NCBI RefSeq assembly: GCF_006345805.1
Contig: NC_042999.1
Location: forward strand, 118,854,001-118,918,000
Origin: Octopus sinensis
Taxonomy: Eukaryota
Direction of reading: 5' to 3'
Length of the DNA stretch: 64,000 nt
Shown: piece after piece, positions 39,701 to 51,796 of the stretch
Layout: every line of letters begins with the position of its first letter
Position numbering within the stretch: position 1 is the stretch's first letter
Program-made: the position numbers and the translations under genes
Notes under the pieces: model-generated
The model's database searches: none
The model's input: only the letters and a program-made list of their open reading frames with translations
What the model was told of the DNA's origin: nothing

Positions 39701-40029
39701 CAAACTCTGCATCAGGTGTCACATTTTACTTCTTTGCCTGCATCTGTGTCCTTTTTGTGAAGAGACAGGAAACTGATATTTCCTGTTCCTGGATTGCAAA
39801 AGCATACCCTACAAAGTGGTATGTAGTAACCTGGTTGTTGGTCCATGATAGACAGCTTTGATGGTCAATGTTACTAGCATCTCAGAGCTTTCTACTAACA
39901 TATTCATGATGCATGTATGTATGCATGTATGTATGCATGTATGTATGTATGTATGTATGTATGTATGTATGTATGTATGTATGTATGTATGTATGTATGT
40001 ATGTATGTATGTATTTTGTATGTATGTAT

Positions 40030-40450
40030 CATTATCATTATCATTTAACATCCATGCTCCCAGTTCCATGCTGGCATGGGTTGGATGGCTTGACAAGGAT
40101 CCAGTGAGTTAAGAACTGCATCATACTCCAATGTTTATTTTGTCATGATTTCTATGGCTGGTGCCCTTCCTAATGCCAACCACTTTTCTGTGTGCACTGA
40201 GTACTTTTTATGTGGCACTACTAATGTCACCATGTAACTTGCAAGTCAACAAACCTAGGGAGGAAGGATGTTGCCTCTGTATGTTAGATGGGGGTTTAGG
40301 TATGAGACAGGAGGTTGGAAAAGAACAAGTTCTTGTTGGAAGGAAGCTACAAGGCTACTCATATTTATGAGAGAAAGTGAGAATTAATTAGAGATATCTC
40401 CAAGGAGATAGACAGTGGTGATGGGGTGTTTAGGTTGCACCTCAGGTAGC
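40030..40450 (-). mobile_element. RTE-type 3' tail copy
   Basis: CATTTAACATCCATGCT...GTGCCCTTCCTAATGCCAACC, as in other copies. Confidence 0.7.
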
Positions 40451-40544
40451 AGGAGCAATAGCAGGTGTGAAGAATGGAAGGGTGGCCCTTTAAAACAGGC
40501 TTCTCAAAGCATAGTGTGTTATGTACGTAAACCTATCAAACAAG

Positions 40545-40560
40545 CAGATTGATAGATAGG

Positions 40561-40621
<61 letters not shown>

Positions 40622-40724
40622 GGATGGACAGACGGACGGACAGGCAGACAGGTGGAACAGACAGACAGACAGACAGGCAGGCAGGCAGACAGACAGACAG
40701 ATAGATAGATAGATAGATAGATAG

Positions 40725-40788
<64 letters not shown>

Positions 40789-40795
40789 GATAGAT
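40545..40795. repeat. (GATA)n/(GACA)n tetranucleotide microsatellite
   Basis: Directly visible. Confidence 0.95.
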
Positions 40796-40930
40796 ACAAA
40801 AGGCCTGTTGGAAAAGTTTTGCAATGTGCAGCAAAATTTATTAATGGCCCTTTCATTAATATACATATCTGTATTGATATATAAACACATGTATATATAT
40901 TATACATATGTATATATATATATATATTAT

Positions 40931-40977
<47 letters not shown>

Positions 40978-42619
40978 TACTGAGTGAGCCATTCAGTTGC
41001 TAAATTGTCTCAATCAACTTAGTTTGGCTTGTGAAAATATGCATTTCTTATAATTATAACTTCAAAATACCAGTTATGTTTTCTGTGTTTCTTATTACTA
41101 TACTTATGCATATATACAACAGACACATGTATATGTGTATATGTACATGTATATATACATATATACATATGTGTGTGTGTGCATAGAAAAAATTGCATAT
41201 AGAGAAATTTACAGATATGTGCATCAGGTGTCACCTTATAAAGCTGATAATTGTTTCTATTGCATTAAACACACACACACACACATGCACGCACATTACA
41301 TATATAAAATATCATTAAAATTAATATTGATATTTCTGAAAAGATATGTTAACACAACGTTATCAAGACAATCCAAAATTAGCAAAATTTGAATTGAACA
41401 TCTGAAATATTACCAGCACATAAATGTCTACAAAAAGAATGTTTTAAGTGAATTCAACCTAAGACATTGTGAGTGTATGTGTGTGTGTGTGTGTGTGCGT
41501 GCATATACACACATAGATATATATAAATCAGTACTGCAGGGTAGAACTCCTTCTTCCAGAATTCTTTGGAGAAAATTTACTATTTGCTGAATATCCACTT
41601 TTCTCCATGGATGTCTAGAGGTAGTTATTCTAAACTTTAAAAACTGAAATACCAGATAAAACATACCAACATCTTTTATTCTTATAAATTGCATTGTCTT
41701 GGCTTTTAAAAAATTTAATTATAAACAATTATAAATCTGTATGTATAGTTGTGGCAAAAGTTAGGAACATAGGTCTGAAAACTGTAATTTTTATATTAGC
41801 TGCCCAAATTTGCAATATATTATTACTTGGCCAAAAGTTTGGCATATAGGTCTGAAAATTAGAATTTTATATTAAATACCCAAAATTATATTTTACTTGG
41901 GCATGACAATTTTAATTTTAAAAAGAATTTCAAACTTTTAGCCTTGACTGTATGTGTGCATGTGTTTGTATGTGTGTATGTATGTATGTATGTATGTATG
42001 TATGTATACTAACCAGGTGAGGTTCAGATGTCAAAAATGAAGTACTCAGTATTAAAACAGAGTTAGGTAATTTTTGTATTGTAATTATATGAATTTTAAA
42101 TAGCAATATTGTTGACAGTTTTTAGCAGCATTTTTTACAGTACAGTCACCAGGTCTATTAAGTTGGAACTGCCTTGTAAATCAAGAAAATCCTTCTCAGT
42201 GGTAAAATGTGAAAGAAATTATTGCAACTTCCAATATGCTTACTAGAAGTCAAAGGAAAGTTATTTTTCCAATAATTAATACAAGAAAATTATTGTTGTG
42301 AGTTTTTCTCTTCCCAGAATGCAAAACATAATTTGCAGTGTATGATCCTAGCATTGTCATTGCTACATTAATTTTCTAATGGTAATTATTAGAACGAATA
42401 ATTATTTTTTTTATTTCTCAGCATACCAAGCAAAACTAGCTATATATAACTTTCTAATATTTTTCCCCAAACAGATATATTTTCTTGATTGGCAAGGCAA
42501 ATCCACATCTGAAAGATGTGTCTCTTAGATGCTGTGAGAAACTGGCAATAATGTTCATAATTTTATTAAACATTGTATGTTCGTATTTTTATTTCTTATA
42601 CTTGCTTTGGTTCAACATA

Positions 42620-43170
42620 TCCTTTCCAACATTTGTTGCATTTCTTTGTCATCTTCTTTGTGAGATCCAGCTTCCACCACTTCTTCAGTCATACTCTTCC
42701 ACTGGTTCATTTCATACAGACTTTCTAGCACTTCTTTATTCATTTGTCATCATCCAAATGCAGTACAAGTCCATACTAATGAAGTCTCTCTCCTACCCAA
42801 CAATAACTGAATCCTCCTACAATCTCTTTGTTGTCAGAAATATAATAGCTTACTGAACTTCACTCACCCTCTTATTCTGGTGACTCTACTTCCAAAACTT
42901 TCTTTTCTATTGCTGATTGGCTTCCTATGTTTCAGGAGTCACCTTCTACTTCTGTAGAACCTTTGGCACATTGCAAGAAATTTATTACACTGTTACTCTG
43001 ACTGCTAAATGATTTTGTACATCTACTACAGGCAAAGTCAATGTCAGCCTGCCTTTGTTTTTCAACTACGCCCCTTGCATCTTTATAGATCACATTGGGT
43101 ACAGAATTTCTTCTTACACTTTCTCTGGATACTGAATATGCCATCCCCCTAATGACATCAGTATTTTGTT
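42620..43170 (-). mobile_element. Decayed RTE RT C-terminal fragment
   Basis: Minus strand RLHxYGLVLHLDDDKxIKKC resembles RLRWYGHVLRMDEDxxVKKC. DFACSRC lies upstream. Confidence 0.6.
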
Positions 43171-44238
43171 ATGTTTAATAATAGCTAAATTTTTTATCGT
43201 CAGCTAATTTTCCTCTGCAGCCACTAGGCTTTTAATTTTGTTTCCAGATGTGGAATTTCTTTTCTAAATCCCCCACAGTGTGTCATATGGAGTAGTTCAA
43301 CATCAGCACCCACACAGACACAAAGACACACATATACACACACACACATGTATGCTTTAGATTAGTTTTGGCATATAAATCCTTGATGAAGTTATAGGAG
43401 CACTGATATGACATACAGCATGCTATAGGCATTTTAAAATTTAGCAGAGCCCATCCATCTCCAGGTCTGACCACAGCCAATTTCCCTCAGAACATGAACA
43501 GACATAATTAATGACAAAGGAACAGGAATTATATAATCAACCCTATCAGCAATGTATGCTATTTCTTTACAAAATTAACTTGCACTTTATTTTAGAAGCT
43601 CAGAGGAAGATATAAGGTGATCCACAAGCAGTAAGCTCTGAATGAACTGAATTTGTTTTTAGTAGAAACAGCAGTAAGCTAATGAAGTTGGCCATGTAAT
43701 TCCTGTTCTCGTGTCATTTATTTCAATTCCCATCACTTTATTCTGGAACATTATATATTGAATTCTAACTCCAGGTTATTAGTATTGCAGTATCACAATG
43801 CCTAAGCGAAATCTTAACACACACACACACGCGTGCACACGCACACACGCATGCACACACACACACACATGCACACACATGCACACACACATACATGTGA
43901 TTTATTGTAGAATCAGAAATAGAAAGTGCTTCAAACTGTACTATATATTTGAAAAAATGAATAGGAGTTACTTTTCTGATAATTTTTCCACTTTAATAAT
44001 TAAATGTTCATAAGTTATTAGGTGTTTAATTTATGAACAGCTAATTATTGAAGTGGAAAAATTATCAGAAAAGCCATTTCTATTCACTTTTTCAAACATA
44101 TGTATGTATAATATATATATATATATATATGTATGTATATATATATAGAGAGAGAGATAATATAAATAATATATAAATATATGAATATATACATACATAT
44201 ATGTATATACGTACATATATATGTATATATACATGTAT

Positions 44239-44500
44239 ATATGGGTACAGGACATCAAAAAAAATGTAGACAAAATGAGAAACGAGAACATAATCAAAAA
44301 CAGAAAACAAACTTTTCTTGAACAATGAAAGAAACAAGCAAACAGGGGACAACTGATGAAGGGAATGTTCTTTATGTTGCCTTTCTAGTTTCACTGATTG
44401 TTTCTTTTGTTGTTCAAAAAAAGTTTGTTTTCTATGTTTTTATTTTTTATGTTCTCGTTTCTCATTTTGCCTATGTTTTTGTGATGTCCTGTACCCATAT
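44239..44500. repeat. Fold-back element: ~100-bp inverted arms, ~54-bp spacer
   Basis: ATGGGTACAGGACATCA...CAAAATGAGAAACGAGAACATAA...TTGAACAA..AAAGAAACAA is mirrored at 44395-44500. The spacer contains CTGATGA at 44353-44359. Confidence 0.85.
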
Positions 44501-44684
44501 ATGCATGTATATATACATATATATGTAGGTGTGTACATATATGTATGTATATATTTATATATTATTTATATTATTATATGATCAAATGCCACGCATCTGT
44601 TTCCAAGTATGTATGTATATATATATACATATCTGCACACACTCGTATGTATGCATGCTTGTATGTGTGTGTGTTTATGTATGT

Positions 44685-44752
<68 letters not shown>

Positions 44753-44982
44753 TTGTGTGCATGTATTTGTGTCTCTGTATTTGTCCCCCCACCATTGCTT
44801 GACAACCGATGCTGGTGTGTTGTGTCCCTGTAACTTAGTAATTTTGCAAAAGAGACTGATAGAATAAGTACTAGGCTTACAAAGACTAAGTTCTTTGTTT
44901 GACTAAAAGGTGATGCTCCAGCATGGCCAAAATCAAATGACTGAAACAAATAAAAGAATTAAAGAATAAAAGTATATATATA

Positions 44983-45013
<31 letters not shown>

Positions 45014-45014
45014 G

Positions 45015-45067
<53 letters not shown>

Positions 45068-45084
45068 TATATATATATATTTAT

Positions 45085-45635
45085 AAATGAGGGTGAAAAA
45101 TTGATATTAATTTAATAATACCATTAATTTAGCACCAAGTGGCTTAGCACAAAAAACTAGGGAGAAAATACAAATTTATACATAAATTATTAGAGAGTTA
45201 CCACTATGTGGATAGCTCTAGTGCTAAAAATAGCTCTGATAGTATAGCCACAGAAAAGATGTTTCCACTTAGAAATAACATTACATTTAACGGAAGGAAA
45301 GTGAAACACAACGAATGCCTTTCGCGGGGAATTTTAAGGCATAACTAAAAATGCAATTGGTTAAACCGCACGTGTATTTGACGCTCGTGTTTGTCTAATA
45401 AATTGTATCTAAGACAAACCTCTGCTGATGATTTATAGATGTTTATGTAAGTAAAATTACATATTACATTAGTAATGAAACAATTGTTCAGGGTCAATCT
45501 ATTTATTCGTTGTGTTTCACTTTCCTTCCGTTAAATGTAATGTTATTTCTAAGTGGAAACATCTTTTCTGTGGCTATACTATCGGAGCTATTTTTAGCAC
45601 TAGAGCTATCCACATAGTGGTAACTCTCTAATAAT

Positions 45636-45641
<6 letters not shown>
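45085..45641. mobile_element. Young fold-back element (~137-bp nearly perfect inverted arms) with a hammerhead in the spacer; probable Penelope pseudo-LTR derivative
   Basis: 45179-45316 versus the reverse complement of 45505-45641 differs by one substitution and one 1-nt indel. 188-bp spacer, (TA)n on both sides. Non-microsatellite sequence continues left to ~45085. Confidence 0.85.
45417..45494 (+). ncRNA. Type I hammerhead ribozyme motif with palindromic stem III
   Basis: CTCTG-CTGATGA(45425-45431)-long stem II (TTAT/GTAA, ATGT/ACAT, TATGTAA/TTACATA)-GAA-ACAATTGT(45480-45487)-T-CAGGG. Stem I is CTCTG/CAGGG with one G-U. 10.1/11.1 is a U-U mismatch. Confidence 0.75.
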
Positions 45642-45679
<38 letters not shown>

Positions 45680-46084
45680 CATACACACACACATATAACG
45701 CTATATATAATATATACATATATATATATATATTAAAAAAATGAAAGATGTGAAAAAACTGATTTCCATATGTAAATTCACTTTTTCTTTATATGTACCA
45801 CTAACAGATTACGATGTGTACCCAAAACGCCTGTATTACTCAAAAATTAATTCCACAAAAATAATGCATATACTTATGTGATATTCATCCGTTAACAGCT
45901 AAGAACAATTAGAGTTCTTTATTCATTATTTCCACAATATGTTTTCATTTAATATGAATATTTCTTAATGTGTTTGTTACTGTTTATCTATTAGCCACAT
46001 GACTTCCCTGCCAACTTTCTTTGTCTATTCCATATACGTTATTCTATGTCATAATGTCTTCTTTTCCTTTGTCTACTTTCTTTT

Positions 46085-46142
<58 letters not shown>

Positions 46143-46200
46143 TACATATATACATGCATATATAACATATGTATATGCATATATATATATATATACATAC

Positions 46201-46324
<124 letters not shown>

Positions 46325-46405
46325 ATATGTATGTATGTATGTATATGTATGTATGGAAAAAAAGTCAAGGTAGAAAATGCTAAAACAAATTTTTTTATAC
46401 CATTT

Positions 46406-46441
46406 CAGTACCAGTTTCGGTCATTGAGATTTTTTCAACTA
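46406..46441 (-). ncRNA. Variant minimal hammerhead motif (U3-A8 core), inverted-arm copy
   Basis: Minus strand TAG-TTGAAAA-AATC-TCAAT-GACC-GAAA-CTGG-TA-CTG. GAAA is intact; the 5' strand of stem II is mutated. Confidence 0.55.
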
Positions 46442-46696
46442 TAAGTATGGAAAACAATTCCATTTTGAAAAAATTAAATGAAAATTTTTTTTTTAAATAT
46501 TTGCATATTATTGAAATACAAGGAGCATTAATCTTGCTTCTGCCTGTCTCTGTCTCTCTTGTTTACTCTTGTGGGTTCGAAGTCATTGTGAATTCTTGGA
46601 AGAAAAGAAGGAGAAGAAGAAGAATGACGAGGAGGAGGAGAAGGAGGAGTAGTAGTAAAAAAAGGCAGAAGACTCAACTGGGGGATATTCATCAAT

Positions 46697-47091
46697 TTGA
46701 TTGAGGGATCAGAGTTCTCCTTCAAGCAGGGACAATGTTTCACAGTGAAAAGCAGCTCCCCTTGTGCTTCAGAGAACCTGATATACACACTAACTTGCTC
46801 TGGGAGTCAAGAGAAATACATAGGTCAAACCAAAACAGTCTATGTCAAAGGATGGCTCTGTACGGATCCCAGATCAAAATTCCTAAAAGCAGAAAAATAG
46901 CATTCAGCCAACACATTGACATTTGCGCCAATAACAAAAATCCAAGCTTCAGAATTTTACCCCTCTACCAATTTAGGGATGATACAACCTGTAGCCAACG
47001 AATTAGTAAAGGGACTATCTTTATTACAAAATACAGACCCCTTTTGAATATATCTACATCAAACAACATATCCACCACAGCCTTAGAATAA
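46697..47091 (+). pseudogene. Penelope GIY-YIG endonuclease domain, frameshifted
   Basis: ORFs 46697-46900 and 46735-47091 join into one GIY-YIG domain (LIY...YIG) preceded by the FTVKSSSPC segment. Confidence 0.8.
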
Positions 47092-47653
47092 CACACATGG
47101 AAATATTACAAATGATGCATTCAAGACATACCCAAGAATTCAATAGAAACAGTCCCAACCAATGCTATATTATACAGCGAACACTTTTAGGTCACTTGAC
47201 CATTTAACATCCTACTACTATCATACCATCCTGCATTCCCTTATTATTCTCTCATCTTCTCTTTCTCCTTCTTCTTCATCTTCTTCCTTTCCACCACCTC
47301 CTTCCTTACTTTACTACTATTGCTGTTTAGAATAACAGCTATGCAAATATTATAAGTAATACATTCAAAAGAGATATCTCAAGAATTCAATCACTACTAC
47401 CATCCACAACAAGTCACTTTCAGGGCACTTGACTATTTTACATCCTACTACTGTCATTGCACTCTTGCATTCTTCTTCTTCTTCTTCTTCTTCTTCTTCT
47501 CTGCCAAGAATTCACAACGACCTTGAGTAAACAATAGAGACAGAGACAGGCAGAAACAAGGTTAATGCCCTTTGTATTTGAATACTATGGAAATATTCTT
47601 TTAAAAATACTTTTTATTTAATTTTTCCAAAATTTAATTTTTTTCCATGCTTA

Positions 47654-47689
47654 CAGTTGAAAAGGTCTCAGTGACCAAAAGTGGTACTG
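47654..47689 (+). ncRNA. Variant minimal hammerhead motif (U3-A8 core), sense copy
   Basis: CAG-TTGAAAA-GGTC-TCAGT-GACC-AAAA-GTGG-TA-CTG. Stems I and II are intact; G12 is changed to A. Confidence 0.55.
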
Positions 47690-49509
47690 AAATGTTTTTT
47701 AAAAGATTATTTTAGCATTTTCTACCTTGACTGTTTTTCCATATATATATCAACTCATGTGTTCCTTTTCAACCTTCTACATATGTATATATATATGTGT
47801 GTATATATATATATAATATATATATATATATTATATATATATATACATCCACACACACATATATATGTATATATATAGATAGATATATATGTATATATAT
47901 AGATATTTAATATACATATATATATATGTATAAATATATATATATATATATATACATACACACACACACACACATATATATGCAGAAATATATCTATATG
48001 AATATATATATACATTTTCATATATACCTATACATATATTTATACATATATATGCATGTACATATAAATCTTGTATATAAGTATATATGTATATACATAT
48101 GTATATGTATGTATATATACGTATATTGTTTTGGCTTCCTTGTTTTTTTTTATCTGTATTAATCTCTTAGAAAGAAAAAGAAGAACTGAAGGAAATGTTT
48201 AATAATTTTGAAATTTATTATAACAGAACAAAGAAATTATAATATATATTATATTAAATTAAAATAAACTTCAATTCAATACCTACTTCTTAATGCCTTC
48301 TATTTTTATTGTTTTACATTTCATAAGTTTATATTTTATTTAAGTTTTTGATATGTAGGAGAGGGTATTTGAGCTTTTTAATTACATATAAATGTGATGT
48401 GCTGAAAAACTGGTTGAGTACCTCGTAGTTTTTAGTGGCAACTATTTAGATTCAATGTTCATATCCTGCCATATTTGGGTTTTGTCCTCTTTGGATCAAT
48501 ATAATATCAAGAGTTAATTTATTTGGCATAATTAAAAAAAAATATTTAATGAACTTAGAGATATAATTCAAGAGTACCAATGGCATGAATTTTGATGAAG
48601 TTAATGGTGAAAACAAAATATTTTCAATCAGTTTAAATTTCAATCTAAGATAGAAAATAAGGAAAAAAATAAAATGTAACGGATATGTAAATCATTTGCA
48701 GTGTAAAAGGAGAGATAAATTCAAAAAAATTAAGTATTAATTTCACATAATTAATATGCATGTTTTTGGAGAAATCTGATTTTTGTTTTGCAGGTAAGGT
48801 GACAGTTACTAACATGTTCCAAATGTTGTTCAACCTCACTGACCTCATCAGCATAACATAATCAAACCTGCTCTGATTAGTAGTCAGAAACATTTACGTG
48901 ATAAAAATAAGAGTTCAATGGCTTTTGGCTTGTAATAATGTGCATAAAATGAGCTAAGGGAATTAGCTCAAACAGAAGATCTGATTTCAGATAAACTAAG
49001 TGTTGTGCTGGATGAAAATAATACTTACATAGAATTAAAATTTTTCTCTTATTTGGAGAATGAAAACCAAAGTAAGAAGTAATCATTAGGTACTATGAAC
49101 AAAATTAGAGATGCTAACAGCTAAATTATCCAAAATTATTTCTTAAGCTTATCTTTCATTGTAGGCTACCATTCTCTCTCATAAAATCTTTTTCCTTGAA
49201 GCTACAATAAAATCAAGTTATATATGAAACATTCAGTTTGTAGGTGGTCAGTATTTTATATATATTTCTTTTGTCTTTCATTTTACACCGATTTTTTTTA
49301 GATGTCAAGCAGTTAAAAATTATTTCCACATTAAAGAAGCTAACAGTTTATCACAAGATATCTATGTATCTAGATAAATAAATATATAAATAATATAGAA
49401 TAAATAAACATATTGATAGCCTGTTGCTTATTCTAGGTCAATTTTTCTGAATTGCCAGGCAACTGGTTGCATATTACTTCACACATTCTATAAGGAACAG
49501 GTTCCAATG

Positions 49510-50110
49510 GTCGGGCAATCAGTCTGCAGCTAGCATCCTCAGTGGTGTGGCTTAGGTATGCCATGGCTTCTGATGAGCAACACATGCTCAGGTTGTGCTA
49601 CACACAAGGATTTCTGAATGGTGAGTGTGCATGGGCTCAGGTTTGTATGCTATATCTTTCCATAGCATGTCTCCTTGATGGAGCTGCAGTCTTGGATGAA
49701 GAAAAAACTGAGACTGGGTGCCTGACACCTAGAATGTTGATAGATGCTCATAACTCTCTACTGATCAGGCAATGGGATTGATGGATGTTCCACTTTAGCA
49801 ATATATAGAGAATTAGAGGCATGGAAGTGTGGCATTCTTGAGGAGAATCTGGGTGTTGATGAAAATGAACAGGCTAGTCTGTTCTGGAGGACTTTTCAGC
49901 CAGGGATTACCATAGATTATTTACAAAAGTCCTTGGCCTGATACCGTTACCAAGGGGTGCTACTTGTTCAAAATAAACTCTACAGGCATGGATATGCTAT
50001 TAGACAGACCTGTTTGAGGTGCACACAGAGCAACGAAACTGTTCTGCATGCACTCATTCAGTGTCCTGCATTGCTGACATGTGCAGTTATGTCAATAAGC
50101 TGCTGTCGAC
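49510..50110 (+). mobile_element. Older, diverged Tx1-like 3' fragment
   Basis: LGMPW-like segment and NKLYRHGYAIRQTCLRCTQSNETVLHALIQCP parallel DKLFRHG...CARCKRDSETVLHAIVQCP of the element at 33-38 kb. Confidence 0.75.
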
Positions 50111-50499
50111 TTATCCAAGTTTCACTTGACAAAGGAAGTAATGGAGGAGAAGGAAGTGGGTGAAAGTTGTTTAAAAAAACGATATGCTTGTATAATATGG
50201 GGATGGATTAATTTCATCTGTCTATCTAAACCATGAAGCTTTTTTACTTGACTACCAAAATCTCCTTCCCTAACATCCTGCTATTGCTAATTCACAGAAA
50301 TACTGTTTCTTTTCTTCACCTCTTCTGCTGCAATTGCAATGGGCTCTATTCCACTGAACCAACAATAAACACATCCTCTATACAAGACCACCACATTTTT
50401 GACTGTGTAATATACCAAGTGAACTTAATTATTAACAGATGAAATTTACGGTATTTCTCATATTGAAGTTTAGTGTAAAAATAAATAAAGGTATTTATG

Positions 50500-50539
<40 letters not shown>

Positions 50540-51755
50540 GTTTGTGTGCATGTATGTATTACTATAAATGTTTACATTCTGCATTCTCGCATGAATGTAT
50601 TAAGCAACATCAGTGACATTTATCAGCATTCTTTACTGATAACTAATCCTTTAATTGCAATAAAAATAATTCGATACCTTAATATGTATTTATTCGACTC
50701 ATGATAGAAAGGAAAAGCAAATGTAAAAGGATCGAACAAACAGATTTATCATTTTCATATTTTATTGACTTAATCTCTTACATGATTTAACACCATCACC
50801 GCTGCCACCACCACCACCATTGCCACCACCACTGCCGCCACCTCAACCACCACTGTCACTGCCACCGCCGCCACCACCACAACCTCTCCCTTGACTCTTC
50901 TCTGTTGCTTGTATTCATACGAGTGTCTGACCTGAGTATTGACTAGTTTTGCTGACTTGTTCATGGTTAGTTTTCTTTTCTGCTTAAGCCATAAACATTT
51001 TTTTAAAAGCCATTATGCTGACAGCAGAACCAATCAGTGTTATATCATTAAAATCCATTTCTTGTCTTTTACAAATACAATCAGTTAACATTAGAAATTA
51101 TTTCTTAGATAAATTCAGACTTTGAGAGTATCTTTCATTGAAAAACTTCATTTATATCAAGCCTTCTCTGGTATGATTCAGTCACACGAAAGTACATCAG
51201 CTCAACACTCCAGCCTAACGAAACTTACCAATTAAAGACAGTGCTTGACACGTTACAAAGCCTGTTATTCATATGATACAACTCAACACCCACCTAATGA
51301 CTCAACCAGCTGAATTTCTGCAATGAAAGAACTGACAACTTGATAATACATAATACCAGCAAACTACTGCATTACTGATTCTAAAATAAAAATATTCAAC
51401 AATGCACATGTACTTATCATTGACAGAAATTAATTTAAATAATGTCCTCACCCTGTATATTTAACACATTGCAACAAAATAACAAAAGAAGGAAAAACAG
51501 AAACAAATGAAAATAATTTAGAGGAAAGCATTCATTAGGAACTAATTAAATATGACACTCATAATTTTAATTAGATTCTCAGTAGCTGAAATCAAAAAAC
51601 AGTAGGTGATTATTTGTTGTGGTCATAATGAAACTAAGCAATGTGCTAGGACAACTTTCTGATAACACTTGTTAATGCATCATTATGAGAAATACACACA
51701 CACATACACACATACACACATGCACACACACACACATACACACACATGCACACAC

Positions 51756-51796
<41 letters not shown>

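Larger units (their letters stand above)
46352..47742 (+). mobile_element. 5'-truncated Penelope-like element: inverted pseudo-LTR + GIY-YIG endonuclease + 3' pseudo-LTR
   Basis: 46352-46630 is an imperfect inverted copy of 47470-47742. The interior encodes NLIYTLTCSGSQEKYIGQT and, after a frameshift, FSQHIDIC...FRILPLYQ...FITKYRPLLN. Confidence 0.85.

Noticed and set aside
41428-43560. Minus-strand exon-like frames (RHPWRKVDIQQIVNFLQRILEEGVLPC; DYIIPVPLSLIMSVHVLREIGCG)
   Set aside because: Weak donors, incompatible phases, no recognisable homology, and equally plausible plus-strand readings.
45179-45641. Initial reading as a DNA-transposon MITE with 137-bp TIRs
   Set aside because: Element-like sequence extends ~95 bp beyond the left arm only, the ends match no TIR signature I recognise, and the spacer holds a hammerhead. 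A Penelope-type inversion fits better, though a MITE is not formally excluded.
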